Below are positions 29,856-39,974 of a DNA stretch of 64,000 nucleotides, in pieces. The notes under the pieces were generated by a model. The model ran no database searches and was not told where the DNA came from. It saw only the letters and a list, made by a program, of their open reading frames with translations. Both the position numbers and the translations under genes were made by a program. Position 1 is the stretch's first letter. The number at the start of each line of letters is the position of its first letter. Source of the stretch: an uncultured Clostridia bacterium (lineage in GTDB: Bacteria; Bacillota; Clostridia; TANB77; CAG-508); assembly GCA_934149075.1 (NCBI GenBank), contig CAKPDR010000001.1, positions 1,916 through 65,915 of the forward strand. The letters run 5' to 3'.

Positions 29856-29932
29856 TCCTTTCTACTTTTAGTAGTATATCATTATGGGACAAATTATGCA
29901 ATAGTTGGGACAATATTTTATAAATTTATAAT

Positions 29933-30481
29933 TTACACCTCATTTCCCCAACAATCCCAACCATCTACTGTTTGTCTTGCAAATAATTCTATTCTAGGCA
30001 TATCTCCTACAAGTTCAACTATTTTATCTCTTACTATTGCTGGTTTTTTGCTATGTTCTTCTATATGAGTGTCAATTATTTGTGATACTTTATTTGATTT
30101 TCTTTTTATAGTTCCTTTTGTTCCAATTAAGCAGATTTCTGAATTTGCCCTAGTCCAATGTCCTAATCCGAAAAACCATGTATCACTTATTTTATTTCTT
30201 TTTACCCAATTAAATCCACAAGTTTTGTACTTAAATCCCCATTCTTTCATAACTTTTAGTCCATCTAATAAGCAGGGAAAAGTTACCCATAAGAAAAGGA
30301 CACAATCTTTTTCCGATATATTCTTGATTGTATCCTTCATATTAACTATTTCTTCAACTTTCATTGTCTTATAATGTTTTTCTGCTGTTCCCATTCCATC
30401 TCTCCATGTATTATAATGCCATGGAGGATCTGCATAAATTATATTATATTTATTTTCCGTATTATTTATATCTATTACCAA
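29933..30481 (-). CDS. MT-A70-family DNA N6-adenine methyltransferase (orphan)
   Basis: 182 aa with the DPPW catalytic motif, IIYADPPWHY. Confidence 0.8.
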   Translation of the reverse strand: MVIDINNTENKYNIIYADPPWHYNTWRDGMGTAEKHYKTMKVEEIVNMKDTIKNISEKDCVLFLWVTFPCLLDGLKVMKEWGFKYKTCGFNWVKRNKISDTWFFGLGHWTRANSEICLIGTKGTIKRKSNKVSQIIDTHIEEHSKKPAIVRDKIVELVGDMPRIELFARQTVDGWDCWGNEV

Positions 30482-31210
30482 TTAAACCTCCTTGTTTCCA
30501 AATAAATATTCTCTAGGATTTATAAAATCTCCATTTTTCGATTTTCTAATTTCAAAATGCAAATGTGAGCCTGTGCTATATCCAGGATTAGGATCACGAT
30601 TAGGATCTCCTCCTTGAATTCCAACAACAGTCCCTTGCTGTATTTCTTGTCCTTCTATCACATCAATCCTAGCCAAATGTGCATAGAAGGTATAATAAAT
30701 TGTTCCATTCTCAGTACTATGTTTTATTTCTACACAATTTCCATAGCCTTGTTGTACTCTCGCAAATACAATAGTTCCTTTTTCAACTGCTGTAATATTT
30801 GAGTGCCAAGCTCCTGCTAAGTCTATTCCTGTATGAAAACTCTGCTTTCCAGTTACAGGATGAATTCTTGTTCCAAATTCACTTGTTACAGTTGCATTTT
30901 GAACAGGCATAGGAAATGTTCCATTATATTCTAAATCTTCAATAGTTACAGTAGGAGCATAAGTGTCGTGCATTTCAACTAATGAATAATAAGAACTATC
31001 TGTAGCTTGTCCATCATCTTCAAATCCAAAGAAACTTTTTATTTTATCTATTGTTGATGTTAAAGCAAATAGTGGTATCATTATTATAAATGTAAATACC
31101 ACTATCCCTATAATTATTCCTATAATTAATCTTTGTCTTTTTTCTTCATCTGTTATTTGACTTATTACTATCTTTGCGATTAATTTTGCTGTAGCAGGAT
31201 CTAAAGCCAT
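30482..31210 (-). CDS. M23/LytM peptidoglycan endopeptidase with an N-terminal TM, acting as the T4SS cell-wall hydrolase
   Basis: 242 aa with HTGIDLA...HLHFEI. Confidence 0.8.
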   Translation of the reverse strand: MALDPATAKLIAKIVISQITDEEKRQRLIIGIIIGIVVFTFIIMIPLFALTSTIDKIKSFFGFEDDGQATDSSYYSLVEMHDTYAPTVTIEDLEYNGTFPMPVQNATVTSEFGTRIHPVTGKQSFHTGIDLAGAWHSNITAVEKGTIVFARVQQGYGNCVEIKHSTENGTIYYTFYAHLARIDVIEGQEIQQGTVVGIQGGDPNRDPNPGYSTGSHLHFEIRKSKNGDFINPREYLFGNKEV

Positions 31211-33036
31211 TACCTACCACCACCTTTACCAAAATACTCAAACTCAATAGGAAATATATCAAACCTAACAAATATTCTGTTTGAGCCTATGATAAATAAA
31301 GCCAAACCTCTTTTCTTTTTATATAAAAACTCTGATTGTCCCTCACTTAACTTAAATAGCTCCGTTGTTTCTTCTAAATTCACTCCATCAGTTCCCATCA
31401 ATATTTTATATGTAGCCATATCAAGTATAGCTTGTCCATACATTTTTATTGAATCATCAAGAAAATCTACAATAGAATGTGAAATTATAACTAAACTTCC
31501 TTCATATTTTCTACATCTTTTTGCTACATTTCTTAAAAATATTGTTGTTTCAGGAACTCTAGAATCAATTAACAAATAAGCTTCATCACAAACTAGCATC
31601 GTTTTTTCTTCTTTATCTCTACTCATTATCTCCCAACAATAAGTTAGAATATTAAAATATTGAGCTCTTTTTACTTTGTCATCTGCATTTTGTAAATTAA
31701 AGGTATCAAAACATACGATTTTTGCATTATCATCTATTGAAGTATAACCATTAAATAAGCCTTTTTCAGCACCAATGCTAATACCTCTTAATAGACTTCT
31801 TAATGTTTCATATATTTTTTGTTTTTCCTCATCAATTTCATTACTTGCTTTCTCTCTTAAAAGATTATATAAATCTGTCATAATAGGAAATTTATTATTT
31901 GGTATTCCTGAAATATCTGTATCCCAATCAATATTAAATCTGTTATATAATTCTTCTAATACTTCCTCTAATCGAGCTATATGTATTGAATCAAGTTCAG
32001 GATATAACAATTTAAAAAATGTTCTTAATGTTTGAAAATGTAGAGCCATTGCTCCCATTCCTTTACTTTTATATTCAACTTCATCTGCTTCTTCATCATC
32101 TAAAGGAACTTTTTTAATTTGTAATGGATTTATTATTCCACCTTTACCACTCCCTACATCTATCCATTTTTCTCCTAGTTTCTCAACCATTTCTTTTTCT
32201 TCTCTTTCAGGATCTATCAAAATTACTTTCGTATTAGTCATATATTCATTTAATATTAAGTGCTTAGCAACTGTAGATTTTCCAACTCCTGCTGTACCCA
32301 TAATTACAAAGTTTGAGTTTGTTCTATCTCCTCCTCTTTTCCAAGGATCAAGTATTACAATTCCTCCCTTTGTATCTCTAGCAAAATAATATTTATTTCC
32401 ATCATTAAATCCTGAACTTGAAAAAGGTAATCCACCAATCCATGTACTCTCTAGCATATTTCTATCTGCAATACTTTTTACAACTGGATCTGTAATAGAA
32501 AAAGGCGACATTAACTTCAATGAGTTTTTACTCAAATTCGTTAATAATCGCCCTTTCATTTGCATTGATGTAAGCCTTGTCAAAACTGCCTTAGATCTTT
32601 GTTTTAACTCTTCTTCATCTTCTGCAATTACCATTATTGCTATTGTTACATATACTACTGTTTCTCCGTTTAAATCTACCTTTTCAATTAAATTTCTTGC
32701 ATCTTGTATTTCTCTTTCTGTTCTTTGTCTTAATATTTCATCTGTTATTCCTTCATATTGTGATTCATTTTGTTTTATTCCCCTACTTATGTTTTGCATT
32801 AATGTATCTTTTTCTGTTGGAGAAATATTTAAGCAACATACTGTATTAGGTATATTTGCAATACTTTCAAGCCATCCTATTCTTACTTTTTGAGGATATT
32901 TTGTTATTACATATACTCTTCCTAAATAATCGCCCACTCTTATATAGTTTTTCTTATATTCTATTCCACCTATTGGACTTAAAATATTAAGTAATGTTTT
33001 ATTTTCCATTATTCCATCAATTTCTTTTTTCTTCAA
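31210..33036 (-). CDS. virB4: VirB4/TrsE-family conjugal transfer ATPase
   Basis: 608 aa with Walker A VIMGTAGVGKST and Walker B LVCDEAYLL. The N-terminus is TraE/TrsE-like. Confidence 0.85.
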   Translation of the reverse strand: MKKKEIDGIMENKTLLNILSPIGGIEYKKNYIRVGDYLGRVYVITKYPQKVRIGWLESIANIPNTVCCLNISPTEKDTLMQNISRGIKQNESQYEGITDEILRQRTEREIQDARNLIEKVDLNGETVVYVTIAIMVIAEDEEELKQRSKAVLTRLTSMQMKGRLLTNLSKNSLKLMSPFSITDPVVKSIADRNMLESTWIGGLPFSSSGFNDGNKYYFARDTKGGIVILDPWKRGGDRTNSNFVIMGTAGVGKSTVAKHLILNEYMTNTKVILIDPEREEKEMVEKLGEKWIDVGSGKGGIINPLQIKKVPLDDEEADEVEYKSKGMGAMALHFQTLRTFFKLLYPELDSIHIARLEEVLEELYNRFNIDWDTDISGIPNNKFPIMTDLYNLLREKASNEIDEEKQKIYETLRSLLRGISIGAEKGLFNGYTSIDDNAKIVCFDTFNLQNADDKVKRAQYFNILTYCWEIMSRDKEEKTMLVCDEAYLLIDSRVPETTIFLRNVAKRCRKYEGSLVIISHSIVDFLDDSIKMYGQAILDMATYKILMGTDGVNLEETTELFKLSEGQSEFLYKKKRGLALFIIGSNRIFVRFDIFPIEFEYFGKGGGR

Positions 33037-33152
33037 ATAAACTATCCCTCCTTATTTGCAACAAAAAAAGACTATCATTACTGATAATCTTTTAATATAG
33101 CCTAACTATTAAATTTGTTTTTTTTAATTGTGTGTGTTATAATTGTTATGTT

Positions 33153-33215
33153 CAATGAAATATGTGACCCCCTTATAGTACTATCATTACTGGGTTGCAC
33201 CATTTCATTGAACCA
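33153..33215. promoter_or_regulatory. 12-bp perfect inverted repeat with a 39-bp spacer upstream of virB4
   Basis: gttcaatgaaat ... atttcattgaac. The motif actatcattactg also recurs at 33084-33096 and 33179-33191. Confidence 0.4.
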
Positions 33216-33279
33216 TATTAATCGTATGTAAGAGATATGTGATAGGTATCTCTTTTATTCTATAACTTGTAAGTTATCG

Positions 33280-33999
33280 TTATTCTTCAAATAATACCTT
33301 TTGCATTCCATAAGGATTATTTAAAAAATCTTTATATATTTTATAAATTTCTGTATCTTCATATTTGATTTCTTTCATATTATTATTCATATCAATTATT
33401 TTTCCATATTTATACGATAGTAATATTGGAGAATGTGTTGCTATTAAAAATTGTGAGCCATTTTTAGCTAATTCGTGTATATAACAAAGCAAAGTCATTT
33501 GTCTTTGTGGAGATAAAGCTGCCTCTGGCTCATCCAAAATGTATAAACCATTATCCCAAAATCTATGTTCAACCAGTTTCAAAAAAGATTCTCCGTGTGA
33601 ACAAGAATGCAAATCTTCTCCTCCATAAGTTGTATAGATCAAATCACTATTATTACTAATATCCGTTGCAACATTATAAAAAGATTCTGCTCTTAAAAAA
33701 AATTTTGTTTTAGGTACTCCAAACTTGCTAATTGTTACATATTTATATAATTCTGAATAATCATCATAGTTCGAAAATTGCATATTATTACTACCGCCTT
33801 CTGGATTTAATCCTAAAGCAATAGCAATAGCTTCTATAAGTGTAGATTTTCCAACTCCGTTTTCTCCATAAAATAATGTAACAGAATTATCTATTTTTAA
33901 TTCATCAAAATTACTTAAACATTTTATATTAAAAGGATATTTACTATTATCTACATTCCCCTTATTTAATCTTACTCTATTTACAAATAAATTTTCCAT
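33280..33999 (-). CDS. small ABC-type (AAA_21/OLD/RecF-like) ATPase
   Basis: 239 aa with Walker A FYGENGVGKSTL, a signature-like SHGES, Walker B and D-loop ILDEPEAALSP, and H-loop ATHSP. Its own terminator hairpins lie downstream. Confidence 0.7.
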   Translation of the reverse strand: MENLFVNRVRLNKGNVDNSKYPFNIKCLSNFDELKIDNSVTLFYGENGVGKSTLIEAIAIALGLNPEGGSNNMQFSNYDDYSELYKYVTISKFGVPKTKFFLRAESFYNVATDISNNSDLIYTTYGGEDLHSCSHGESFLKLVEHRFWDNGLYILDEPEAALSPQRQMTLLCYIHELAKNGSQFLIATHSPILLSYKYGKIIDMNNNMKEIKYEDTEIYKIYKDFLNNPYGMQKVLFEE

Positions 34000-34063
34000 T
34001 CAACCTCACTCGCAAATTACTATTTCTAGCTTAGATTATATCACTTTATATTTTATTATACAA

Positions 34064-34720
34064 TCATTTAAGCATTACAACTTTATCTTCAATATCAGAA
34101 TCTTCTCTATATGCATAATTCATATTTAAAAAACTATTACATAATTGTATTAATGAAGCTTCATCTAATATCTCTGTTTTTATATCGCATCTTTCAAACT
34201 TATTACTTAATTCCATACACCTCTTTAATAAGTCTTTCTCACAATTATCAGTTCTTTTAGAATTAATCATTATAAAACTTTGCCTTTCAACTATTTCTCC
34301 ATTTAAAGACATTCTTTGAACTTCTTTCAAGTGTGTTTTTAATAATCTTTTTTGAATTGCATTATCGGTTGTACCTATTATCTCTGACAAATATTCTTGC
34401 AACGGAGAAATATCAACTGCTCTTGCAATATTAAAATATTTGATATCTTCTTGTTCTGAAGATAGTTCAGCTGATAAATCATTTATTAAATTTTCTTTTT
34501 CTTTATCTGTTAAAAGTTGTGTATTTATTGAATATATTTTTATTCCTGTAATTACATTTCCATCTCGTGTATAAATATAATTATTTCTAATATCTAATAT
34601 GCCAACTTCTTCATTACAAGTTTTTTCTTTATCCTTTTTCTTAAATAGACTAAACAATATCATCCCTCCATTTATTGTAATATTTATATCTATATTGTTT
34701 TTGAATTTTACTAAACTCAA
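34064..34720 (-). CDS. hypothetical protein (218 aa)
   Basis: ORF. The real start may be the internal Met at 34663. Confidence 0.4.
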   Translation of the reverse strand: MSLVKFKNNIDINITINGGMILFSLFKKKDKEKTCNEEVGILDIRNNYIYTRDGNVITGIKIYSINTQLLTDKEKENLINDLSAELSSEQEDIKYFNIARAVDISPLQEYLSEIIGTTDNAIQKRLLKTHLKEVQRMSLNGEIVERQSFIMINSKRTDNCEKDLLKRCMELSNKFERCDIKTEILDEASLIQLCNSFLNMNYAYREDSDIEDKVVMLK

Positions 34721-34985
34721 TCATGTATTTTATCTGACTTACAACACATAAGTTATTATCATCTTTTGTAGTTGCTATTATTGTTCCTGCTACTCCTATG
34801 AATTCAATTACAACTGGTAGCAAAAAATTATCTTTTAATTTATAAACTATGAAACTAATCGGTAGTAAAGCAACTAAAACTATTACTGTAGATATAAGTT
34901 CTTTTATTCCATAACCTTTAAAAAATTCTAATCTAGTTTTCACATTAGTTGGTATATATAGCTTATATTCATTATTTTCATCCAT
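34650..34985 (-). CDS. small 2-TM membrane protein (VirB3-like candidate)
   Basis: 111 aa with two hydrophobic helices. It lies in the T4SS gene string. Confidence 0.4.
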   Translation of the reverse strand: MDENNEYKLYIPTNVKTRLEFFKGYGIKELISTVIVLVALLPISFIVYKLKDNFLLPVVIEFIGVAGTIIATTKDDNNLCVVSQIKYMIEFSKIQKQYRYKYYNKWRDDIV

Positions 34986-35245
34986 TAAAAATCTCGACCT
35001 CCTCCACCGTGTGGAATACCACTACTTCCTGAATATCCATAATAATTTTGAACTAATGTTAAAATTACAAATATTAATTCTGCAATAATTCCAAAAACTA
35101 TGGTGTTCTTTATTTTCTTTTTATATGTCCCTTGAGCATCTTCATCATATATCATCTTTGTTAAACAAAATATCACTCGGAATGTAACTCCAAGTGGTAT
35201 TATCACAACTCTCAATAAACTTATTATTTCATTTAGTATTTCCAT
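34985..35245 (-). CDS. small membrane protein (86 aa)
   Basis: Two TM segments and a Gly-rich C-terminus. Confidence 0.4.
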   Translation of the reverse strand: MEILNEIISLLRVVIIPLGVTFRVIFCLTKMIYDEDAQGTYKKKIKNTIVFGIIAELIFVILTLVQNYYGYSGSSGIPHGGGGRDF

Positions 35246-35247
35246 AC

Positions 35248-36105
35248 TTATCCTTTCTTTAATTGACTAAACTTTCTTTTTATTTGACTAGACAATTCCA
35301 TTGTCTTACTTGTAGTAACTATTACATTACTAATACCTCCTGTTCCTCCACCAAGCATAAACTCTTGTATGAATTTAGGAGTTTTTATCGCCATTATAAT
35401 TGCTGCAATACCAAATAACATTTTTACATTTAGAATTAATATTATTGCTATCTTGCATAATATAATTTGCACTAAAACTGTTAGCACACTTTTAAATAAT
35501 TTCTCTGAATAGGATTTAAAAACTCCTCCATCAGGATTTACTAGCCCAACACAAGCTAAAGGAAATCCTAATTTTAATACAAACATTTCTAAACTTCTCA
35601 TAAGAAATTGTATGTATAAAACAAATAACAATATCATTGCTATTAGAGCTACTATTGCTGTAAATAACCCTGTTGTTGCTATATTTGCAATAGCTGTTGT
35701 TAAAGATACATTATCAGTAAAGTTCATCGCAGTCAGTATTGAATTTCCAAATGAAGTAGCAACTTGAATAACCCAGTCATATAGTACGGAAAAACTTACT
35801 GCCACTACTATTGCTCTTATAAAATAAACAATGTATGTAAGTGGTGGAGTATCTGATTCTCCATCAGTCCACATTACATACATATCAAAACCTTTTTTCA
35901 AAAATTTTAACACTATCAAAGAAATTGATAAGCTTAAAATTAGTGCTTTTAAATTAGAAAAACTTATTACATTACTTCCAAAGTTTGTAGTTAAATAGTT
36001 TTCCGAATTAAAACACATATCAATTAAGCCATTAAAAGCTGAATTTATAACATTATCTGCTCCACCAATTATACTGGTTATTAGTCCAGTTAAAATTGAT
36101 TCCAA
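35248..36105 (-). CDS. polytopic membrane protein, VirB6/TrbL-like
   Basis: 285 aa with at least 6 predicted TM segments. Its position is between the pilin-like and VirB3-like genes. Confidence 0.5.
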   Translation of the reverse strand: MESILTGLITSIIGGADNVINSAFNGLIDMCFNSENYLTTNFGSNVISFSNLKALILSLSISLIVLKFLKKGFDMYVMWTDGESDTPPLTYIVYFIRAIVVAVSFSVLYDWVIQVATSFGNSILTAMNFTDNVSLTTAIANIATTGLFTAIVALIAMILLFVLYIQFLMRSLEMFVLKLGFPLACVGLVNPDGGVFKSYSEKLFKSVLTVLVQIILCKIAIILILNVKMLFGIAAIIMAIKTPKFIQEFMLGGGTGGISNVIVTTSKTMELSSQIKRKFSQLKKG

Positions 36106-36120
36106 AAAATGTACCTCCCT

Positions 36121-36471
36121 TTATCTATAATATCCTATGATTAAGTTAATTAATCCACTTGCAACGACTACACCTACACAACAAATTATTGCTATTTTTA
36201 TTCTATTGTCCCATCTCTTTCCGTCCATATCATCACTAGATGATTTTCTTAATAAATAGTATCCCACTAATAAAATTGTTAATGTTGGAGCTAAAATTAA
36301 TAACCAATTAGTTAAATCTGTTATTAAATTTTGTGTACCTGTTGCAATTTTGCTGTCTTGCACTCCTGCAAAACAAGTACTTGTGCAACATAAAAGACTT
36401 GTTATAACAAGTCCTGCTTTTCCTATTTTTCTTGTATATTTTTTTATTTTTTCTGTTATCTTTTCTCTCAT
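36121..36471 (-). CDS. VirB2/TrbC-like pilin-type membrane protein
   Basis: 116 aa with a signal peptide and two hydrophobic segments. Confidence 0.4.
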   Translation of the reverse strand: MREKITEKIKKYTRKIGKAGLVITSLLCCTSTCFAGVQDSKIATGTQNLITDLTNWLLILAPTLTILLVGYYLLRKSSSDDMDGKRWDNRIKIAIICCVGVVVASGLINLIIGYYR

Positions 36472-36483
36472 ACATAAATTCTC

Positions 36484-38289
36484 CTATCTATATAAATTCC
36501 ATATTCCCCATAGTTTTATATCTTCAATTTCTTTTTGTTCTCTTGCTTGTTCTCGTTTTAATCTTAGTTGCCTATTTTCTTCTTGATTTCCCATTCCAAA
36601 CAATTTATTAAATCTCCACTTAGAAATATCAGGCAATTTTGTTATTATAGGATATAATCCTGCTTGAATGACTAAAACATAAGGTCTTTCTATTCTTAAA
36701 ATTTCATCTTCTGTCAGTAATGCTCTGCTTATTAAGTTCATTGATTCTGAATTACTACCACTTTGATATTTTGTATAGCTACTAGATCTGCTATAACTAG
36801 AAGTAGTATAAGTTCCTAATTTTTTTGAAATTATACTTGCTGTTTCATTACTTGCTGTTTTTAAATATATCCAAGTTTGGCAGTTATCTCTAATATTTTC
36901 TGCGACTTCTTTTCCATACTTGTTATCCAGTTGTGAAAAAGATTGAAGAAATAAATTAAATCTTATTTTTCTCCCTCCTGCAACAGTAAGCATATTGCTA
37001 AAAGCAGGTATTGTTGTAAAATTTCCAAACTCATCTAATATGTAATTTACTCTTGTTTTTAATTCTCCTCCTCGTTCATCGGCACTTTCTACAAGTGATA
37101 CATAATTTTGATAAATAAATAAACTTGCTAAAGAATAATAAGTCGTTTTTTCATCAGGAAGAATAATATAAGTAACTGTTTTTTCTTCTCCTGCTTGTTT
37201 TAAACTAAAATCACTTTTGCAAGTCATTCCGTATATGCTTTTACTTGTAAATAATCTTAATGTTGTTAAAGCAGATGTAAAAAAAGAGCCTCTAGTTTTT
37301 TCAGGTGCAATCCTTGCAATATTAAATATTGTACTTGAAGGATGATCAGGTGGTAAATTTTCAATATATTTATTTATCGGCATTGTCTGTCCAACTGTTC
37401 TACACATTTCTGAAATAAAAGAATACACATTTGTTAAATTTTGATATTCAGAATGCTCTTTATTGTCAAAAACAACACTCATTATTGCTCCTGCAATAAC
37501 TGACATCTCTCCATCTCTCCATATTTTTTCCATTTTTGTATCTTCATTTCCTACTAAACTTTGAGTAATATCCCAAGTGTACTCTTCAGCTTTTCTAAAA
37601 TCTCCGTTATTTACTGCATCTATAACAGGTTGTAAAAAATTATATCTTGTACTTTTTGTTGGATTTTTAAAATCTAAGGTTATTATTTTATAACCTTGTT
37701 TTTTCAAAAACTCTGAAGTGTAATGATAAATTTCAGCTTTAGGATCTGAAATAATCATACTCTCTCCTGCTAATCCTAAGTTTCCAACTGTCTGTAATAC
37801 TATACTTCTTGTTTTACCACTTCTTGTAGCTCCTACAACTAAACTATGAATATTATCATCAATGTAATAAATCCTTTCTTGCTTTTTGTCCTTTTCATAT
37901 CCTACAATAATTCCACCTGAATTGAATTCCTCTGTATTTTCCTTTGATAGTGAATTACATTTAAAAAATTTTTTAAATTCTTTTTTACTCAGCCATCTTG
38001 CCGTTCCATGTTGCCCTTGTCCCATAACTTCTGGAGTCTTTAATTTATCTGTTATATTTACTATTCCACTTTCAAAAACATTTTTACTTCCAAATCCGAA
38101 AAGAATTATAATTGTTGTTTCAATTAGCATATAGATAAGAAAAAATAGTAGTAAAATCTGTTTATTTACTACTATTTGTGAAAATTCCATATTAGAAAGT
38201 TTCAAATGAATTATCGTACTCAAAACAATACTAACAGAAATATTTAATATAGATAAAAAAGCTATTATTCCGATTTTTCTTTTTCTCAT
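36484..38289 (-). CDS. virD4: type IV coupling protein (VirD4/TraG/TraD family)
   Basis: 601 aa with N-terminal TMs and Walker A SLVVGATRSGKTRS. Confidence 0.85.
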   Translation of the reverse strand: MRKRKIGIIAFLSILNISVSIVLSTIIHLKLSNMEFSQIVVNKQILLLFFLIYMLIETTIIILFGFGSKNVFESGIVNITDKLKTPEVMGQGQHGTARWLSKKEFKKFFKCNSLSKENTEEFNSGGIIVGYEKDKKQERIYYIDDNIHSLVVGATRSGKTRSIVLQTVGNLGLAGESMIISDPKAEIYHYTSEFLKKQGYKIITLDFKNPTKSTRYNFLQPVIDAVNNGDFRKAEEYTWDITQSLVGNEDTKMEKIWRDGEMSVIAGAIMSVVFDNKEHSEYQNLTNVYSFISEMCRTVGQTMPINKYIENLPPDHPSSTIFNIARIAPEKTRGSFFTSALTTLRLFTSKSIYGMTCKSDFSLKQAGEEKTVTYIILPDEKTTYYSLASLFIYQNYVSLVESADERGGELKTRVNYILDEFGNFTTIPAFSNMLTVAGGRKIRFNLFLQSFSQLDNKYGKEVAENIRDNCQTWIYLKTASNETASIISKKLGTYTTSSYSRSSSYTKYQSGSNSESMNLISRALLTEDEILRIERPYVLVIQAGLYPIITKLPDISKWRFNKLFGMGNQEENRQLRLKREQAREQKEIEDIKLWGIWNLYR

Positions 38290-38645
38290 TCTAATTCTTC
38301 TCCTTCTTCCATTTGATTTTCTTGTTCTAATTGAAATTTTTTAGTATATTCTTCTATTTGCTCTTTGGTTAAATCTTTAAAATCCTGATTTTTCTTATCA
38401 TTACCTGTAACAATAAAAGTTCCCCTTATATTTAAACCATCAAGAGTTCTGTTTATTGGTAGTAATTTTTTATAAGCTTCTTCATCAAAAATTATTAAAA
38501 CATCTTTATATTTAATAACATCTATATATTCATTACCTACAATTTTTCTTAATGTTTCAAGTCTGTTTGGAATTCTTTTTAATTCAGGATTTTTTTCATT
38601 TTCTATTATAAGAACATACATATTTTGCTTTTCAATTACTACCAC
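38286..38645 (-). CDS. hypothetical protein (119 aa)
   Basis: ORF coupled to virD4. Confidence 0.4.
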   Translation of the reverse strand: MVVIEKQNMYVLIIENEKNPELKRIPNRLETLRKIVGNEYIDVIKYKDVLIIFDEEAYKKLLPINRTLDGLNIRGTFIVTGNDKKNQDFKDLTKEQIEEYTKKFQLEQENQMEEGEELE

Positions 38646-38648
38646 CTC

Positions 38649-39596
38649 CTACATTTCCATATCTTCTAATTCTTCTAAGCTATAATGCATTTCCATTGCA
38701 TATTGTTTTTTAGCACTTTCATTTAATTCATAATGATGTGTAATATCTTTTTCATGTTCTTTTCTTTGAAACTGTTTGATTAATTCAGCCAAAGATAAAG
38801 ACATACTCCTATATTGAGTATGCCTTTCGTATTTTTTTACACCTTTAATTCTTGCTTTATATTTTTTTTTAAAATATGCTTCCATATTTTCTTTTAAATA
38901 CTTTTCATTATGCAATTTTCTATCTCTGCATTTATAACCTTCTGAAGTTGTATATGTAATATTTTTTCTTTCTTTAATCCATGTAACTTTATATCCCATT
39001 TCGTTCATCACTTTAAAAAATTCAAATTTATTATTTGATTTTTCCATAGCAATATCAATACTTTTTTCTAACTTTTCTTTCCAACTAATCCCCTTTTGTT
39101 TTGCTTTATATTCATTAATTCTTATATCATCTACACTTGATTTTTCTCTTGTTATAGATAATCCTTGCTTAATGCATAATTTATTAGAATATGCTTTTAA
39201 GCTTTCTAAATCTTTATTAGAAAATTGTATCTTTTTACCTGTTTCAAAATTTACTGTATTCACAACAAAGTGTGAATGTATATGTTCCTTATCTTGATGA
39301 GTTGCTACAACAACTTGATAACCTTTAAAATATTTTTCTGCTATTTTCATTGCTATTTCGTGTGCTGTTTCATAACTCAACTCATCATTTGGACTAAATG
39401 CTTGAACAAAATGTAATTTTTCTCTACCTTTTGTTTTACCATACATATTTTTTATAGCCATCATTTCTTCATAAGCATTTTCTACCATGCAATCTTTTCC
39501 TGAAATAAACTTGTTATTAGTTTTCTCTTCTTTGCAAATATAATTTAAAGTTTTCTTTAATCCGACCTTGTTATTAATGAATTTAATGATTGCCAT
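38649..39596 (-). CDS. relaxase/mobilization nuclease (MobA/VirD2-like)
   Basis: 315 aa with the His triad HQDKEHIHSHFVVN and a relaxase-type N-terminus. Confidence 0.8.
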   Translation of the reverse strand: MAIIKFINNKVGLKKTLNYICKEEKTNNKFISGKDCMVENAYEEMMAIKNMYGKTKGREKLHFVQAFSPNDELSYETAHEIAMKIAEKYFKGYQVVVATHQDKEHIHSHFVVNTVNFETGKKIQFSNKDLESLKAYSNKLCIKQGLSITREKSSVDDIRINEYKAKQKGISWKEKLEKSIDIAMEKSNNKFEFFKVMNEMGYKVTWIKERKNITYTTSEGYKCRDRKLHNEKYLKENMEAYFKKKYKARIKGVKKYERHTQYRSMSLSLAELIKQFQRKEHEKDITHHYELNESAKKQYAMEMHYSLEELEDMEM

Positions 39597-39865
39597 ATTT
39601 TACTTAACTCCTTTTTTACTCCTCCCAATTCAACACAAGTTATAACTCTTCCATTTGCTAGTTTTGTTAATTGATTTACATTATTTCCTAGCTTTCTTAA
39701 TTGAATTACTAATTTATCAAGATCATTGATAACTACAATTTCTTTTTTAGTAGCACTTTTAATTAGATACTCTGAAATTGTTGTATTAGCTTTTACACTA
39801 TTGTTTATAATCATTGTTTTTTCTTCAGGAGTTAATCTAATTTCAATTCTTTCAGTTTTTTTCAA
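39557..39865 (-). CDS. mobC: MobC-family relaxosome accessory protein
   Basis: 102 aa, LRKLGNNVNQLTKLANG. Confidence 0.7.
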   Translation of the reverse strand: MKKTERIEIRLTPEEKTMIINNSVKANTTISEYLIKSATKKEIVVINDLDKLVIQLRKLGNNVNQLTKLANGRVITCVELGGVKKELSKIWQSLNSLITRSD

Positions 39866-39974
39866 TTACTCTCCTCTCCACCTAAAAATTTTATGAAGGG
39901 TTTGGGGACACCTCCCCTTAAATAAGAAAAGTTATACTTTTCGTTCTATTTGTACTTACAAATAGGAATCTTGC
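39866..39974. promoter_or_regulatory. candidate oriT
   Basis: Intergenic region upstream of mobC with the hairpin ggggacacctcccc at 39904-39917 and the near-palindrome aaaagttatactttt. Confidence 0.4.

Noticed and set aside
33280-33999. Calling the 239-aa ATPase Septu PtuA or AbiEii
   Set aside because: It is much shorter than PtuA, no HNH partner is present, and no nucleotidyltransferase partner is seen. I kept it as a generic AAA_21/OLD-like ATPase.
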